64,000 bases of DNA from positions 80,885 through 144,884 of the forward strand of contig JBDRYB010000003.1 in assembly GCA_039803205.1 (NCBI GenBank). Reading direction: 5' to 3'. Below the pieces are notes generated by a model that had not been told where the DNA came from, searched no databases, and saw only the letters and a program-made list of their open reading frames with translations. Made by a program: the position numbers and the translations under genes. The stretch's first letter is position 1. Each line of letters opens with the position of its first letter. The stretch comes from a candidate division WOR-3 bacterium (GTDB lineage: Bacteria; Hydrothermota; Hydrothermia; JBDRYB01). Positions 26,914-36,872 of the stretch are shown one piece after another.

Positions 26914-28191
26914 TCATGCTTTCTGGGAATGTTTTCGTATCCACAAAACCCACCCGCCCTGGGCCATTATTGCGGAAAAAACATAGAAAGGCGCCACAAC
27001 CCTCTCGTCCATCACGGGCCCCGGGGTCAAGAGGAACCAGAGCGCTCCTACACCCAAGAATGCCGCTTTCAGCCTCATCCTTTTCCGCCAGAACGCGAAG
27101 CCAACAGCGGACAGAAGAAGGACGAGGATCTTCACCAGGCTGTCGGTGAAATCCTGAAGCATGCTTGAGAAAAATCCCTTTGGCAGAAAGAACCTCGTAG
27201 TATATTTCAGGTGACAGAGCGCGTATCCGGCCAGGTCGTTCATTATCATCTCCCTGCCCTGTTTTGCCATATCGGATATGAGGGCGGCCTTAGCCCTGTC
27301 ATCATTCTCTATTCCCAGTTCCTTTACCCTTCTCTTGTAATTATCCCTGGCCAGCGCATACTGGCTCATGTATCCCCACCCGAAACCCCACGCTTTCTCC
27401 TGGCCAGTCTGCTGGGCGTATAGGGCTGAGGAGAGGAAAAAGGCCGTGTTAACATCTGGTATCTGTGAAAAAGCAAAGCGGCCATAGAGGTTCTGGTTCC
27501 TCCAGCACCAGAGGAGAACAGGCAGTCCCATTATCGCCATACCGAGAAGGGAATACGCCCTTGTCCTTTTGCCAAAAAGCCCTATCGCCATCAGGATGAA
27601 CCCTATGAACATCCCGGTGGGCTTTGTGAATGCCATGAGGATACCGGCGCCCGATAGGGCGAGGGTCTTTCTCCAGTCGGGCGAATCCAGGAAACTCATC
27701 CCTGAAACAGCGAAAAGGGCCGTGGCCATCAAGAAGGTGATATCGGAAAGGATGAATATCGGGAAGACCACCATATAGGAATAAAGGATGAGAAGACCGA
27801 GCCACCCCTGCCCCACTTCTCTTTTCAGAAGCCTATATATGACCAGTCCAGCGAACCCCTTGAAGAGGCAGTTTATTGTGAAGTGCCATATCTCAAAAGG
27901 TCCTGGGATGAGATCAACGACTAGCAATATGAGCGGGTAGACAGGAGGCCTGTCAAACCAAAGCACATGATCCGGAAGGTCTGGGTGGGGATAAGATTTG
28001 AGGATGACCGAGAAACCATGCCTGAGAATGTCCGAGGCCGCGGCCATGTAATCCTTCGTGTCTGCCCAGAAATACGCCAGGTTTGGGCTCCCAATTAGGG
28101 CAATGAGGCCGGGGATGCCGAGCATGAATGGCAATAAGATTATGAAACCATATCTCAGAGCAACCCGCCAATCAAAACCCCTTGGCCTCAC
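26914..28191 (-). CDS. ArnT/PMT-like (GT-C) membrane glycosyltransferase
   Basis: DTKDY, RPPVYP, LSDITF, TKP and W..RN motifs. Multi-TM. Confidence 0.7.
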   Translation of the reverse strand: MRPRGFDWRVALRYGFIILLPFMLGIPGLIALIGSPNLAYFWADTKDYMAAASDILRHGFSVILKSYPHPDLPDHVLWFDRPPVYPLILLVVDLIPGPFEIWHFTINCLFKGFAGLVIYRLLKREVGQGWLGLLILYSYMVVFPIFILSDITFLMATALFAVSGMSFLDSPDWRKTLALSGAGILMAFTKPTGMFIGFILMAIGLFGKRTRAYSLLGMAIMGLPVLLWCWRNQNLYGRFAFSQIPDVNTAFFLSSALYAQQTGQEKAWGFGWGYMSQYALARDNYKRRVKELGIENDDRAKAALISDMAKQGREMIMNDLAGYALCHLKYTTRFFLPKGFFSSMLQDFTDSLVKILVLLLSAVGFAFWRKRMRLKAAFLGVGALWFLLTPGPVMDERVVAPFYVFSAIMAQGGWVLWIRKHSQKA

Positions 28192-28213
28192 CCCAAAATT
28201 ATATCTTGACGCC

Positions 28214-28555
28214 TCACCTGATCTCAAGAAATGGCCTTATCGCCTCAAGCTTCTTCTCGGTTATCCCCTTTACCTCAAGAAGGTCCTCAATCCGCTTGAA
28301 CCCGCCTTTTTGTTCCCTTGCCTCAATTATCCTTTGGGCGGTCTTCGGCCCTATCCCCGGAAGGCCCTCAAGCTCCTCGGCGGAAGCCGCGTTCAGGTTG
28401 ATCTTCTTTATGTAGACCTCCTCTGTCTCCGGGAAGCTCTCAGGGGCCACCGGTTTTGAGTGCAGGGCAAGCCTCCCAAGGAAAATGATGAGGGTCCCCA
28501 GCAGAAAGGAACCCAGAGCAAAGATCAAAGCCCGCTTCTCTCCGGGGTTCACCAT
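28214..28555 (-). CDS. ComEA-like helix-hairpin-helix DNA-binding membrane protein
   Basis: KINLNAASAEELEGLPGIGPKTAQRII...VKGI motif with an N-terminal TM helix. Confidence 0.9.
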   Translation of the reverse strand: MVNPGEKRALIFALGSFLLGTLIIFLGRLALHSKPVAPESFPETEEVYIKKINLNAASAEELEGLPGIGPKTAQRIIEAREQKGGFKRIEDLLEVKGITEKKLEAIRPFLEIR

Positions 28556-28636
28556 TATATTATAAGGGGGAAGCAGATTGTCCTTCATTTGGAGCGCTTT
28601 GCAAGCATCAGCCCGAAAGCCTTAGAATATATCCCT

Positions 28637-29881
28637 GTGCGAATAGGCGTTGTTGGAGCTGGTTATGTTGGTTTGGCCACGAGCGTTGGGCTTTCAAAGA
28701 AGGGCCATGCGGTCGTATGCGTGGACAGGGATGAGAAAAAGATCAGCGCCTTAGCCAATCGCGAGTCCCCAGCTGGCGAGCCCGGTTACCCGGATGAGGC
28801 CTTGGGGGCCCTTGAGCAGTCTAGATTGAAATTTACCACGGATTACAAAGATCTTGAGGGTTCTGAGGCTATATTTCTCGCTGTGGGCACCCCCGTCTTG
28901 ACTGGCGGAGCGCCTGATCTCTCTATGCTTTGGGCCGCGGGGGCTGACTCCGCGAGGGTTGAACCGTCTGCCCTTTTGGTGATAAAGAGCACGGCCCCCC
29001 CTGGCACAGCGAGGCGTTTGGCCGAGATGACGGGATCGCGCGTTGCCTCAAATCCGGAGTTCCTGAGGGAGGGCCGCGCGATATACGATTTTCTGGAGCC
29101 TTCAAGGATAGTAATAGGAGCTGATCAGCCGGGCGACGCGGATATGCTTCTAGAGATATACGAGAGCTTTGACGCGCCGAAGTTTATAACGGATACCACA
29201 ACAGCCGAGCTAAGCAAGTATGCCTCAAACCTCTTTCTCGCCTTGAAGGTGTCCTTTGCAAACCTAATAGCGGATATAGCCCGGGCAACCGGTGCCTCGG
29301 GCTCAGAGGCCCTCAGGGCCGCTGGAATGGACCCGCGCATAGGGGAGAAATACCTCTCTCCTGGCCTTGGATGGGGAGGCTCATGTCTCCCGAAGGACCT
29401 CTCTGCGATGGTCCGGCTTTGCAAGGATAAAGGAATCGATCCAGCCCTCCTTGAGGCCGCAGAGGAAATAAACCGCTCCCGGATAGACCTCGTTGTTGAT
29501 CTGCTCAAGAGACGGCTCGGTTCCCTTTCTGGAAAAGAGATAACCTTACTCGGATTGTCTTTCAAGGGGGGGACTTCGGATACCAATCAGTCTCAGGCGA
29601 TCAAGCTGGCAAGGGCACTTTCAGAGGAGGGTTCTGCCGTGAGGGCATACGATCCAAAGGCCGTTGTTCCTGGGATAAAGCAGTTCTCAGAGCCGCTTAC
29701 AGCCCTCTCGGGTGCGCACGCCGCGGTCGTTGCCACTGATTGGGAGGAATTTTCCAGCCTCAATCCCGATGAGGTAAAGAATGCCATGCGCTTTCCAATA
29801 ATCGTGGATGCCCGAGGCCTCCTGCCAGTAAGGGATTTCAGAGCGAGGGGGATTGAAGTAATAAGGTTGGACGAACCTTGA
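28637..29881 (+). CDS. ugd: UDP-glucose/GDP-mannose dehydrogenase family protein
   Basis: GAGYVG, AVGTP, KST, NPEFLREG, GGSCLPKD, GLSFK and YDP motifs. Confidence 0.92.
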   Translation: MRIGVVGAGYVGLATSVGLSKKGHAVVCVDRDEKKISALANRESPAGEPGYPDEALGALEQSRLKFTTDYKDLEGSEAIFLAVGTPVLTGGAPDLSMLWAAGADSARVEPSALLVIKSTAPPGTARRLAEMTGSRVASNPEFLREGRAIYDFLEPSRIVIGADQPGDADMLLEIYESFDAPKFITDTTTAELSKYASNLFLALKVSFANLIADIARATGASGSEALRAAGMDPRIGEKYLSPGLGWGGSCLPKDLSAMVRLCKDKGIDPALLEAAEEINRSRIDLVVDLLKRRLGSLSGKEITLLGLSFKGGTSDTNQSQAIKLARALSEEGSAVRAYDPKAVVPGIKQFSEPLTALSGAHAAVVATDWEEFSSLNPDEVKNAMRFPIIVDARGLLPVRDFRARGIEVIRLDEP

Positions 29882-30972
29882 AAATAGCCATTTGCGTGGC
29901 ACATCGTCTGCCCTCCCTCCACTACGCGGAAACGGTCCTACCGAGAGGGTTCGCTCGGATAGGCGCAAGCACATGGGTTTTGACCTCTGACCTCGTCGCG
30001 CCATCAGCGAGGGGTTTTGTGGGCATGAAGAGGTTCAGGGGGCCTGACGAGGGCGAGCTCAATGTCATACGGTTCCCCTCTTTGGGCCTGGGGAACCTTG
30101 CTCTCCCTGATCCAACAAGGGTAATGAGAGCCTTATCTGGAATAAGGCCTGATGTGGTGCTCTCGATCGCTCCAACAAAGGGGCTTCCTTTTTATCCCTT
30201 TGTTTTTGGGGATTGCAACGCTGGATTGTTCGCTCAGGTGGGCGAACACATGCCAGTCAGGGGCCTGAAGGCCGCAGCTAAGCGATGGATCTACGAAAGG
30301 ATATTTGAGAAAGCCAGGGCTGTCTTCGCGAGCAAGGACGAAAGCGAGGGTCTTCTCATGGGGCTTCTGGGAAGGGAGGTTAATCTCATCAGGGTCTTTC
30401 TCCCTTTTGACGAGAGGGTATTTTACTACGACCCAGCCGAGAGAGAAAGGGTGAGAGCTGAGCTCGGCTTGGATGGCCCTCTCGTTATATCTGCCGCGAG
30501 GATAACCCCATACAAGGGATACGAAGCCCTCTTGGAGGCCTCTGCTGAGCTCGGGGTGAGCTTGATCCTCGTGGGACTGAGGGAAGGCGATCCCTATTGC
30601 GAGTCAATAAGGAGAAAGGCTAATTCACATCTGGGCAAGCGCTTTCTTGGGCTCCCCTTTCGGGCACAGGAGGAGATACGCCCTCTTTTCAACGCGGCTG
30701 ATATCGGTGTCTGGCCCTGGACATCCGTGTCCATAAAACAGGCTCTCGGAACAGGCTTGCCGGTCGTGATGTGGAGGCCGAGACACCTAATAGAAGAAGG
30801 CGTTCAGGGTTACTTCATAGCCGAGGCAACCCGTGAGGAGATCGCAGATGGGCTGGCAAAAGCCCTTTCCCGAAATTGGGACAGGAAGGCACTGGCAAAC
30901 CTGGGCCAACAAAAGTATTCCTCTGTGGCTGTTGCGAGGAGGATGAGGGAGATCATGGAATCCCGGCTGTAG
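29878..30972 (+). CDS. GT4 family glycosyltransferase
   Basis: ARITPYKG, AADIGVWP and ALGTGLPVV motifs. Confidence 0.85.
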   Translation: MKIAICVAHRLPSLHYAETVLPRGFARIGASTWVLTSDLVAPSARGFVGMKRFRGPDEGELNVIRFPSLGLGNLALPDPTRVMRALSGIRPDVVLSIAPTKGLPFYPFVFGDCNAGLFAQVGEHMPVRGLKAAAKRWIYERIFEKARAVFASKDESEGLLMGLLGREVNLIRVFLPFDERVFYYDPAERERVRAELGLDGPLVISAARITPYKGYEALLEASAELGVSLILVGLREGDPYCESIRRKANSHLGKRFLGLPFRAQEEIRPLFNAADIGVWPWTSVSIKQALGTGLPVVMWRPRHLIEEGVQGYFIAEATREEIADGLAKALSRNWDRKALANLGQQKYSSVAVARRMREIMESRL

Positions 30973-31078
30973 AGCATCACGCAGTGTTTCAAAATTCAGA
31001 TCGCCGAACGCGGCTCGTAGCCCCTTCCGACCGCGACCAGACTTTTCTTCTTTCTGAAGTTCGCCACCCCAGCCCCCC

Positions 31079-31121
31079 TTGACATCCTGTTCATACCTCT
31101 TCGGCGATCGCATTTTTGGAG
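31079..31121. repeat. 43-bp repeat, copy 1 (inverted copy at 45770-45812)
   Basis: TTGACATCCTGTTCATACCTCTTCGGCGATCGCATTTTTGGAG is the exact reverse complement of 45770-45812. Confidence 0.9.
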
Positions 31122-31126
31122 CTAAA

Positions 31127-31320
31127 CCCAACTTTGACACCTCATTTTCTCATCAGATCGCGCCCCAAGGAGTTGGCGCCATGTTCGCTGAGGCTCACGG
31201 GCCTATACCCTGAATATCTCAAGGGCTTATCTCTGTATCTCAGTCCTGGCGATGAATGAATTGTTCTCTATTTCAACCCTTATTGAGATGGTGGCTGTGA
31301 GCTCCTCCTTAGAAGCAGAG
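31127..31320 (-). mobile_element. Decayed IS (IS1634-like) transposase C-terminus plus terminal sequence, copy 2
   Basis: Minus reading LNRVEIENNSFIARTEIQR*ALEIFRV* resembles IS1634-type transposase C-termini. Ends ...GTGTCAAAGTTGGG. Shares its end with 24170-24252. Confidence 0.55.
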
Positions 31321-31558
31321 CCCTGATTTTATGCGGAACTCAGAGGATAAGCCACCCAAAGATCAGGGTTTTAGTGTCAGAGTTGAGTTAGGCTCTTTGT
31401 TCGGATCGTCCAAGAGCCTCTGGATTATGGGCCACTTATCTGGCTCTATCTCTGCCAGGGCCGCTGTCATGGATTTGAAAGCGAGCTTGGCCCCTCCATC
31501 CCCATCAAAGAAGCGGACTTTATAATTTTGTCCCTGAGGCTGAGGCCTGTTTCCGGCC

Positions 31559-32170
31559 TCACCACCTCACCCCAACATATCCCTCAATTATCACGAACCA
31601 GTCCGGACAGGGCCAGACGCTTGGTCTGAAACCCATGTAGCTGAGCCTCGGCGAGAGGCCCAGGATTAGGTTCACATTGGCCTCTTCCTCAGGAGAAAGC
31701 TTGTATTTCCACCACCACTCTGTCCTGGCAAAGCCCACGATTCCAGGGGAAACCTGGTCTATTATCCTAATATCAGTAGCTCCATAGGAAGTCCTCTCCC
31801 ACCTGCAGAAGTTTCCGGTAAAAGCTCCGCCCCAGCAAAGATGAAAATGCGGGCCTACGCTGATGGGCTTTGAGAATCCTATCTCGTAGGAGGTTATGAC
31901 CTCGTTAAGCCTGGCGCCTATCTTCATGTTGTTGAAATACACCGTCTTCTGGTATGTTGGATGGTCCATGATGCCTATCCTAACATACGGCTCTGCCCTG
32001 AACCACGCGCCCTTGACATATGTTGCCTGCGCGAAGAAGTTGGTCCAGATGTGATAGCCCCAGTCCACATAGCCATATGGGGTTTGAGATGTTGCCCTCT
32101 CGTTGGGCGCGGCCTGCCCGAGGCCAAGGCTCAGATCAGCGCTCAGGCTCAACAGCGATATCATCACCAC
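31559..32170 (-). CDS. Hypothetical outer-membrane beta-barrel-like protein
   Basis: Short signal-like start, alternating beta-strand pattern, C-terminal YVGVRW. Confidence 0.6.
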   Translation of the reverse strand: MVMISLLSLSADLSLGLGQAAPNERATSQTPYGYVDWGYHIWTNFFAQATYVKGAWFRAEPYVRIGIMDHPTYQKTVYFNNMKIGARLNEVITSYEIGFSKPISVGPHFHLCWGGAFTGNFCRWERTSYGATDIRIIDQVSPGIVGFARTEWWWKYKLSPEEEANVNLILGLSPRLSYMGFRPSVWPCPDWFVIIEGYVGVRW

Positions 32171-32237
32171 GGGCAAATTATAAGGGGTGGATGAGCGCGG
32201 TTGCAAAAGACCTTACGCCTGGTTTATCTTTTAGCCG

Positions 32238-33146
32238 ATGACGATTCTCTTTGTTTTACTCTGCTTCCCTTTTGACGCCGGAAGGTTCTGGGTGTGCTCT
32301 CAGGCAAACGAAAAGGATATTTTCCTTTCCTCCAACCCCGCTAGCCTGGCTTCAGCAGGCAAAGGGATCCTCCGCGCGGGAGCAGGTTGGCAGGGCGGGT
32401 TTGTCCCCGGGCCCCTTGGGGGAGGTTTCAGCCTCAGGAATGCGGCCACCATTTGGATTGAAGTGGGGGCTTCTTTCGCTTATCTCAGGGACACAGCGCA
32501 CATCGTGAGGGATGATACTTCTGATGTGGATACCATAACACAGAAAACCAACGCGAGATTCTATGCCCTGCGAGTGGCGGTTGCTCAGAAGAAAGGCGTG
32601 ATAAGCTATGGATTTGAGGCTCTCGGCGCGCTCGGTAGGCTCTCGGACGATTTCTCGTCCGCGACCGGAACCATATTCCCAGATGGCATAACCGTATCCT
32701 CCTACCCGTTTGCATATGGGGGCGGAGCCGGGGTTTGTTTGGAGATGAGCCTCGTCTCGTTTGGGGCCCACGGAAGATATTGGGGTGATTTTCTCGCTGG
32801 GAAAAGGGATTTTCGGGGAGATAGCACCAACAACCTCGTTCTCAGGGAAACCCTGATCCCGGACAGCCTTATTGGCGGGTTTCCCCCTGAGCTCGGCCTC
32901 GAGATATTATCACAGCCCCTTGGATTATCCGGAGAATTCCTCTACAGGGGCGAGCTCGGGGGATTGGCCTCGTATGGGAGGAGCTTCGGGCCCGTGTTCC
33001 TCAGGGCGGCTGGTGGCTACATGGGCAAGCCAATTTTCATGGGGAACGCGCTTTTCGACCTTGGAAAACTTGGCCTCAGTCTCCAGGGAGGATACTGGGG
33101 GGGGCTGAGGGCAGGAGGCCTGGTGACTTACAATCTAGGAGACTAA
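32238..33146 (+). CDS. Hypothetical outer-membrane protein
   Basis: Short hydrophobic start, NPASL motif (FadL/PorV-like), Gly/aromatic beta strands. Confidence 0.55.
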   Translation: MTILFVLLCFPFDAGRFWVCSQANEKDIFLSSNPASLASAGKGILRAGAGWQGGFVPGPLGGGFSLRNAATIWIEVGASFAYLRDTAHIVRDDTSDVDTITQKTNARFYALRVAVAQKKGVISYGFEALGALGRLSDDFSSATGTIFPDGITVSSYPFAYGGGAGVCLEMSLVSFGAHGRYWGDFLAGKRDFRGDSTNNLVLRETLIPDSLIGGFPPELGLEILSQPLGLSGEFLYRGELGGLASYGRSFGPVFLRAAGGYMGKPIFMGNALFDLGKLGLSLQGGYWGGLRAGGLVTYNLGD

Positions 33147-33147
33147 T

Positions 33148-34032
33148 ATGCTCAGAACCAACGAGAAGGACCTTGTTATGCTCTCCGTGATGGGCCAGGT
33201 TTCCCATCCTGTGAAGGGAGCCAGGCCCTATTTGGTTTCGCACGACGGTAAGGTAAGGGTCTTGCCCGGAGTAGGAGGCATCACATACAACAAGCGCGTT
33301 GGCGATCCCTGCGTTGGTTTGGCCGGGGACCATGTTGAGCCTGGGGTCTCAACCAGGAACCCTGACAAGTTTGATGGGGAGCCAACCGCGTATAACGCCG
33401 CATACAATGCCCTCGCTTGCGTGGGCAACGAGGCTATAGTCGTTTCGGGGGACGCTAAGGGCGAGCGCGGGGTTGTCACAGGAAAGCACGGCGGAATAGA
33501 GCATGTGCTCATTGATTTCCAGCCGGAAACCCTTGATAAGCTCGTCATCGGGGACAAGATCCTGGTCAAGGCATATGGTCAGGGCCTTGAACTCTTGGAT
33601 TATCCAGAGATAGCTGTCCGGAACCTTGACCCCAGGCTCCTGAGGAAAATGCCGATAAAGGAAAAAGGGGATGGACTCGCTGTTGGCGTGGCGAAGATCG
33701 TTCCTGGCGAGATAATGGGTTCTGGCCTCGGCAGGGACCATGTTTGGACGGGTGATTATGACATTCAGCTCTTTGACGAGGAAACCGTGAAGGAGTTCGG
33801 CCTATCGGATCTCAGGTTCGGTGATATTGTTGCTATAGTGGATGCAGAACACACATATGGCAGGATATACAAGCAGGGCGCGGTCTCAATCGGTATAGTA
33901 GTTCACTCGGCTTGCCTCGTATCCGGCCACGGGCCAGGAGTCACTACCCTTCTGACCACGGGGGTCCCAGGCAAGCTAGAGCCATGCATAGATGAGAATG
34001 CCAATATCGCGTTTTTGCTCGGTCTGAGGTGA
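33148..34032 (+). CDS. DUF4438 family protein (Thermotoga TM1086-like)
   Basis: GGITYN..VGD..G..GDHVEPGVS, VTGKHGG, MGSG and VHSAC..GHGPGV motifs. Confidence 0.85.
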   Translation: MLRTNEKDLVMLSVMGQVSHPVKGARPYLVSHDGKVRVLPGVGGITYNKRVGDPCVGLAGDHVEPGVSTRNPDKFDGEPTAYNAAYNALACVGNEAIVVSGDAKGERGVVTGKHGGIEHVLIDFQPETLDKLVIGDKILVKAYGQGLELLDYPEIAVRNLDPRLLRKMPIKEKGDGLAVGVAKIVPGEIMGSGLGRDHVWTGDYDIQLFDEETVKEFGLSDLRFGDIVAIVDAEHTYGRIYKQGAVSIGIVVHSACLVSGHGPGVTTLLTTGVPGKLEPCIDENANIAFLLGLR

Positions 34033-35360
34033 AAAGGGCTCTTTTGGTTTTCGGGATCGCTCTTGGGGCCAGGTTGGTGCCCTATGGCTTTGCAGTAGCA
34101 CACCCTGAGCGCGTCTTCCTGGACAATTTTGACACCAAACAATACTATGCCCTCGCCTCAAACATGATCGCTCACTCCTCGTTTTCAACATATCCGGCCC
34201 TATCCTTTCTGAGGCCAGCAAGGGGGCCTTGGGAGCCCGACGGCTTCAGGGTTCCCGTCTATCCACTTGCTCTCGTTCCCGCAAGGGCACTTCTCGGAGA
34301 CAGGCCTATTCTGGTCCTTCTTTGGCAGGTCTTGCTTGTCTCCTTGGTTCCGGTCATCCTTTATTTTCTGGGCCTCAAAATTTGGGGTCAACGAGCCGGG
34401 TTTGCCGCAGGCCTCATCATGGCTTTGGATCCGGCTTCCGTCACCCTTTGCGGATACTTCTTCGCTGACGCCTTTTTCGGCTTGATGATCTCAATGAGCC
34501 TTCTCGGGTTCTGGTATTACTTGAATCAGAGAAAAACGGTATTTGGTGCTATTTTTGGGCTCCTTGGCGGTCTCACCACCCTGACCAAACCCATGGTGGC
34601 CCTCATGTTTCCCGTCTTGTTTCTCATGAAGCCTAAAATGTGGAAAAAGATGGCCGTGGCCTTTGCTACCTACGGGGTTCTTGTGGGCGGATGGATCATC
34701 CGCAACCAGCTGACCTTTGGCGTTCCAACCATATCCGGTGTCTCAAGCTACAACTTGTATTTCCACAACTACGCGGCTATGGTAGCTCACAAAAAGGGCA
34801 TCCATTACCTCGCGGAGAGCGATTCAAGCGTTGAGAGGTTTATGTCCCAACATCCAAACCCGGATAACCCCATAGCTACCGTTGACAGCCTCGGAAAGTG
34901 GGCCGCGAGAGAGATCTCGAAAGATCCGTTCACATACCTCATAGCCCATTTCAAGGAGATGCATAGGCTGTTTATACCGGAAATAACATACGGAGCGATA
35001 TACTATGGAAAAGTGGAAAGCCCTAGGGTGTTTTCGCGCATCCAGACGGGAGAAATGAATCTCCCCGAACTCTCAGGTAAGCTAATGAGCCTCATCCCAC
35101 AATACTGGAAGGCAATGATCTATCAGGGAATTTTTGGGCTCTATATGCTAATACTAATCATTTTGTCATTCTCAGCCACAAGGAGGAACTGGCGTAAGAG
35201 CAAATGGTTCACCCTGGGGCTGGTCCTGTTTTCAATTTATACCATCATAATCCCAGGCCCCACAATTACCATAAGGTTCATGACAGGATTAACTCCTCTT
35301 CTCGCCGCTCTCGCTGGAGGAGCTTTCGTAAAAGATGGAGAAAATTTTGGTAAGGGGTAG
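34029..35360 (+). CDS. ArnT/PMT-like (GT-C) membrane glycosyltransferase
   Basis: DTKQY, RVPVYP, TKP, W..RN and PGP..RF motifs. Multi-TM. Confidence 0.75.
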   Translation: MKRALLVFGIALGARLVPYGFAVAHPERVFLDNFDTKQYYALASNMIAHSSFSTYPALSFLRPARGPWEPDGFRVPVYPLALVPARALLGDRPILVLLWQVLLVSLVPVILYFLGLKIWGQRAGFAAGLIMALDPASVTLCGYFFADAFFGLMISMSLLGFWYYLNQRKTVFGAIFGLLGGLTTLTKPMVALMFPVLFLMKPKMWKKMAVAFATYGVLVGGWIIRNQLTFGVPTISGVSSYNLYFHNYAAMVAHKKGIHYLAESDSSVERFMSQHPNPDNPIATVDSLGKWAAREISKDPFTYLIAHFKEMHRLFIPEITYGAIYYGKVESPRVFSRIQTGEMNLPELSGKLMSLIPQYWKAMIYQGIFGLYMLILIILSFSATRRNWRKSKWFTLGLVLFSIYTIIIPGPTITIRFMTGLTPLLAALAGGAFVKDGENFGKG

Positions 35361-35363
35361 AAC

Positions 35364-36872
35364 CTATTCCTCTGGCTCTTCCTTAGCTATCTCCCTCTTT
35401 GGCACATAGCTCTCGGTCGCTGACCTGAGCTCCTCCCAGATCCCTGGCTTATCCTTGTTCTTTATGTAGTAATCCATGGCATAAGCGGCCTTGCGAGCGT
35501 CCCCCATAGCGAGGATCACTGTAGCGGCGCCGCGGATGCAATCTCCGCCAGCGAAGACCCCTGGTTTAGTTGTGGCGCCCGTCTCAAAGTTGGCGTCTAT
35601 GGTATTCCACTTCGTTATGGCTATGTCCGGTTGGGACTGATGGATGAGGGGGGTTGGGATCTGTCCTATTGCGACCACCACGATGTCAACATCCATCTCA
35701 TACTCTGAGCCCTTTATTGGAACAGGCCTGCGCCTTCCGGATTCATCCGGCTCACCGAGCTCCTGTTTCTGTAGGACTATCTTCTTGACCCATCCTCGCT
35801 CGTCCCCCTTGTATTCAATGGGCAAGGTTAGGAGGTGGAACTTGACGCCTTCTTCCTCCGCGTGGTGGATCTCCTCTATCCTCGCTGGCATCTCCTCGGC
35901 TGATCGCCTGTAGATTATCAGGGATTCCTCCGCCCCCAAGCGAAGGGCACAGCGAGCCGAGTCCATGGACACATTCCCAGCGCCTATTGTCGCGACGCGC
36001 TTGCCCTTGAGAACGGGGGTATCATACTCCGGGAACTTATAGGCCTTCATGAGATTGACCCTCGTCAGAAACTCGTTAGCGGAGTATATTCCAACGAGGT
36101 TCTCGCCAGGGATGTCCATGAATCTGGGCAACCCAGCGCCTGTTCCCAGGAAAACAGCGTCGTATCCGAACTCGGTCAAAAGCTCGTCAACCGTAGCTGT
36201 TCTACCAACGATGAAGTCCGTCACAATCTCAACCCCGAGCTTCTTCAGGTCATTGATCTCGCGCCTGGTCACCTCTGGGGGGAGACGGAAGTCAGGTATG
36301 CCGTATGTCAGAACCCCGCCTGGCTCGTGAAGGGCCTCATAGATGACCGCTTTGTATCCCCACCGGGCCATCATCCCAGCGAGGGTGAGGCCAGCAGGCC
36401 CTGAGCCCACGATAGCGACCTTGTATCCGTTGGGCTCAGGAATGGTTGGCTCCGGCTCAAGTCCGTGCTCAGCGACATAGTCAGCCACGAAACGCTCAAG
36501 CCTTCCTATGGCAACCGGCTCCCAACGCTTGGAGAGAACGCATTTTATCTCGCACTGGTCCTCCTGGGGGCAGACACGGCCGCATATCGCTGGGAGGGAG
36601 TTCGTTTCCTTTATCTTGAGCAAGGCACCGAGGAAGTCTTTCTGAACAATGAGGTCTATGAACCCCGGAATGTCTATCTCAACAGGACACCCCTCTATGC
36701 AGAAAGGCCTGGGGCACATGAGACAGCGCTGGGCCTCCTGAACAGCCTCCTCAGGGCTGTAGCCATAAGGAACCTCCAGAAAGTGCCTTATCCTCTCAAG
36801 GGGATCGCGCTCCCGCATGGGGGTCTTTTTAGGGGTTGGCTTTCCCCTTCTCCTCTTCTTCTCCTCAGGCAT
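35364..36872 (-). CDS. nfnB: NADH-dependent ferredoxin:NADP+ oxidoreductase large subunit (NfnB/SudA, GltD-like)
   Basis: RCLMC..CIEGCPV, CGRVCPQE..C, GSGPAG, GAGNVSMD and GVFAGGD motifs. Adjacent to the small subunit. Confidence 0.88.
   Translation of the reverse strand: MPEEKKRRRGKPTPKKTPMRERDPLERIRHFLEVPYGYSPEEAVQEAQRCLMCPRPFCIEGCPVEIDIPGFIDLIVQKDFLGALLKIKETNSLPAICGRVCPQEDQCEIKCVLSKRWEPVAIGRLERFVADYVAEHGLEPEPTIPEPNGYKVAIVGSGPAGLTLAGMMARWGYKAVIYEALHEPGGVLTYGIPDFRLPPEVTRREINDLKKLGVEIVTDFIVGRTATVDELLTEFGYDAVFLGTGAGLPRFMDIPGENLVGIYSANEFLTRVNLMKAYKFPEYDTPVLKGKRVATIGAGNVSMDSARCALRLGAEESLIIYRRSAEEMPARIEEIHHAEEEGVKFHLLTLPIEYKGDERGWVKKIVLQKQELGEPDESGRRRPVPIKGSEYEMDVDIVVVAIGQIPTPLIHQSQPDIAITKWNTIDANFETGATTKPGVFAGGDCIRGAATVILAMGDARKAAYAMDYYIKNKDKPGIWEELRSATESYVPKREIAKEEPEE

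Noticed and set aside
35364..36872. Glutamate synthase small subunit (gltD) call
   Set aside because: No gltB is adjacent, and pairing with a PyrK-like subunit indicates NfnAB/SudAB.
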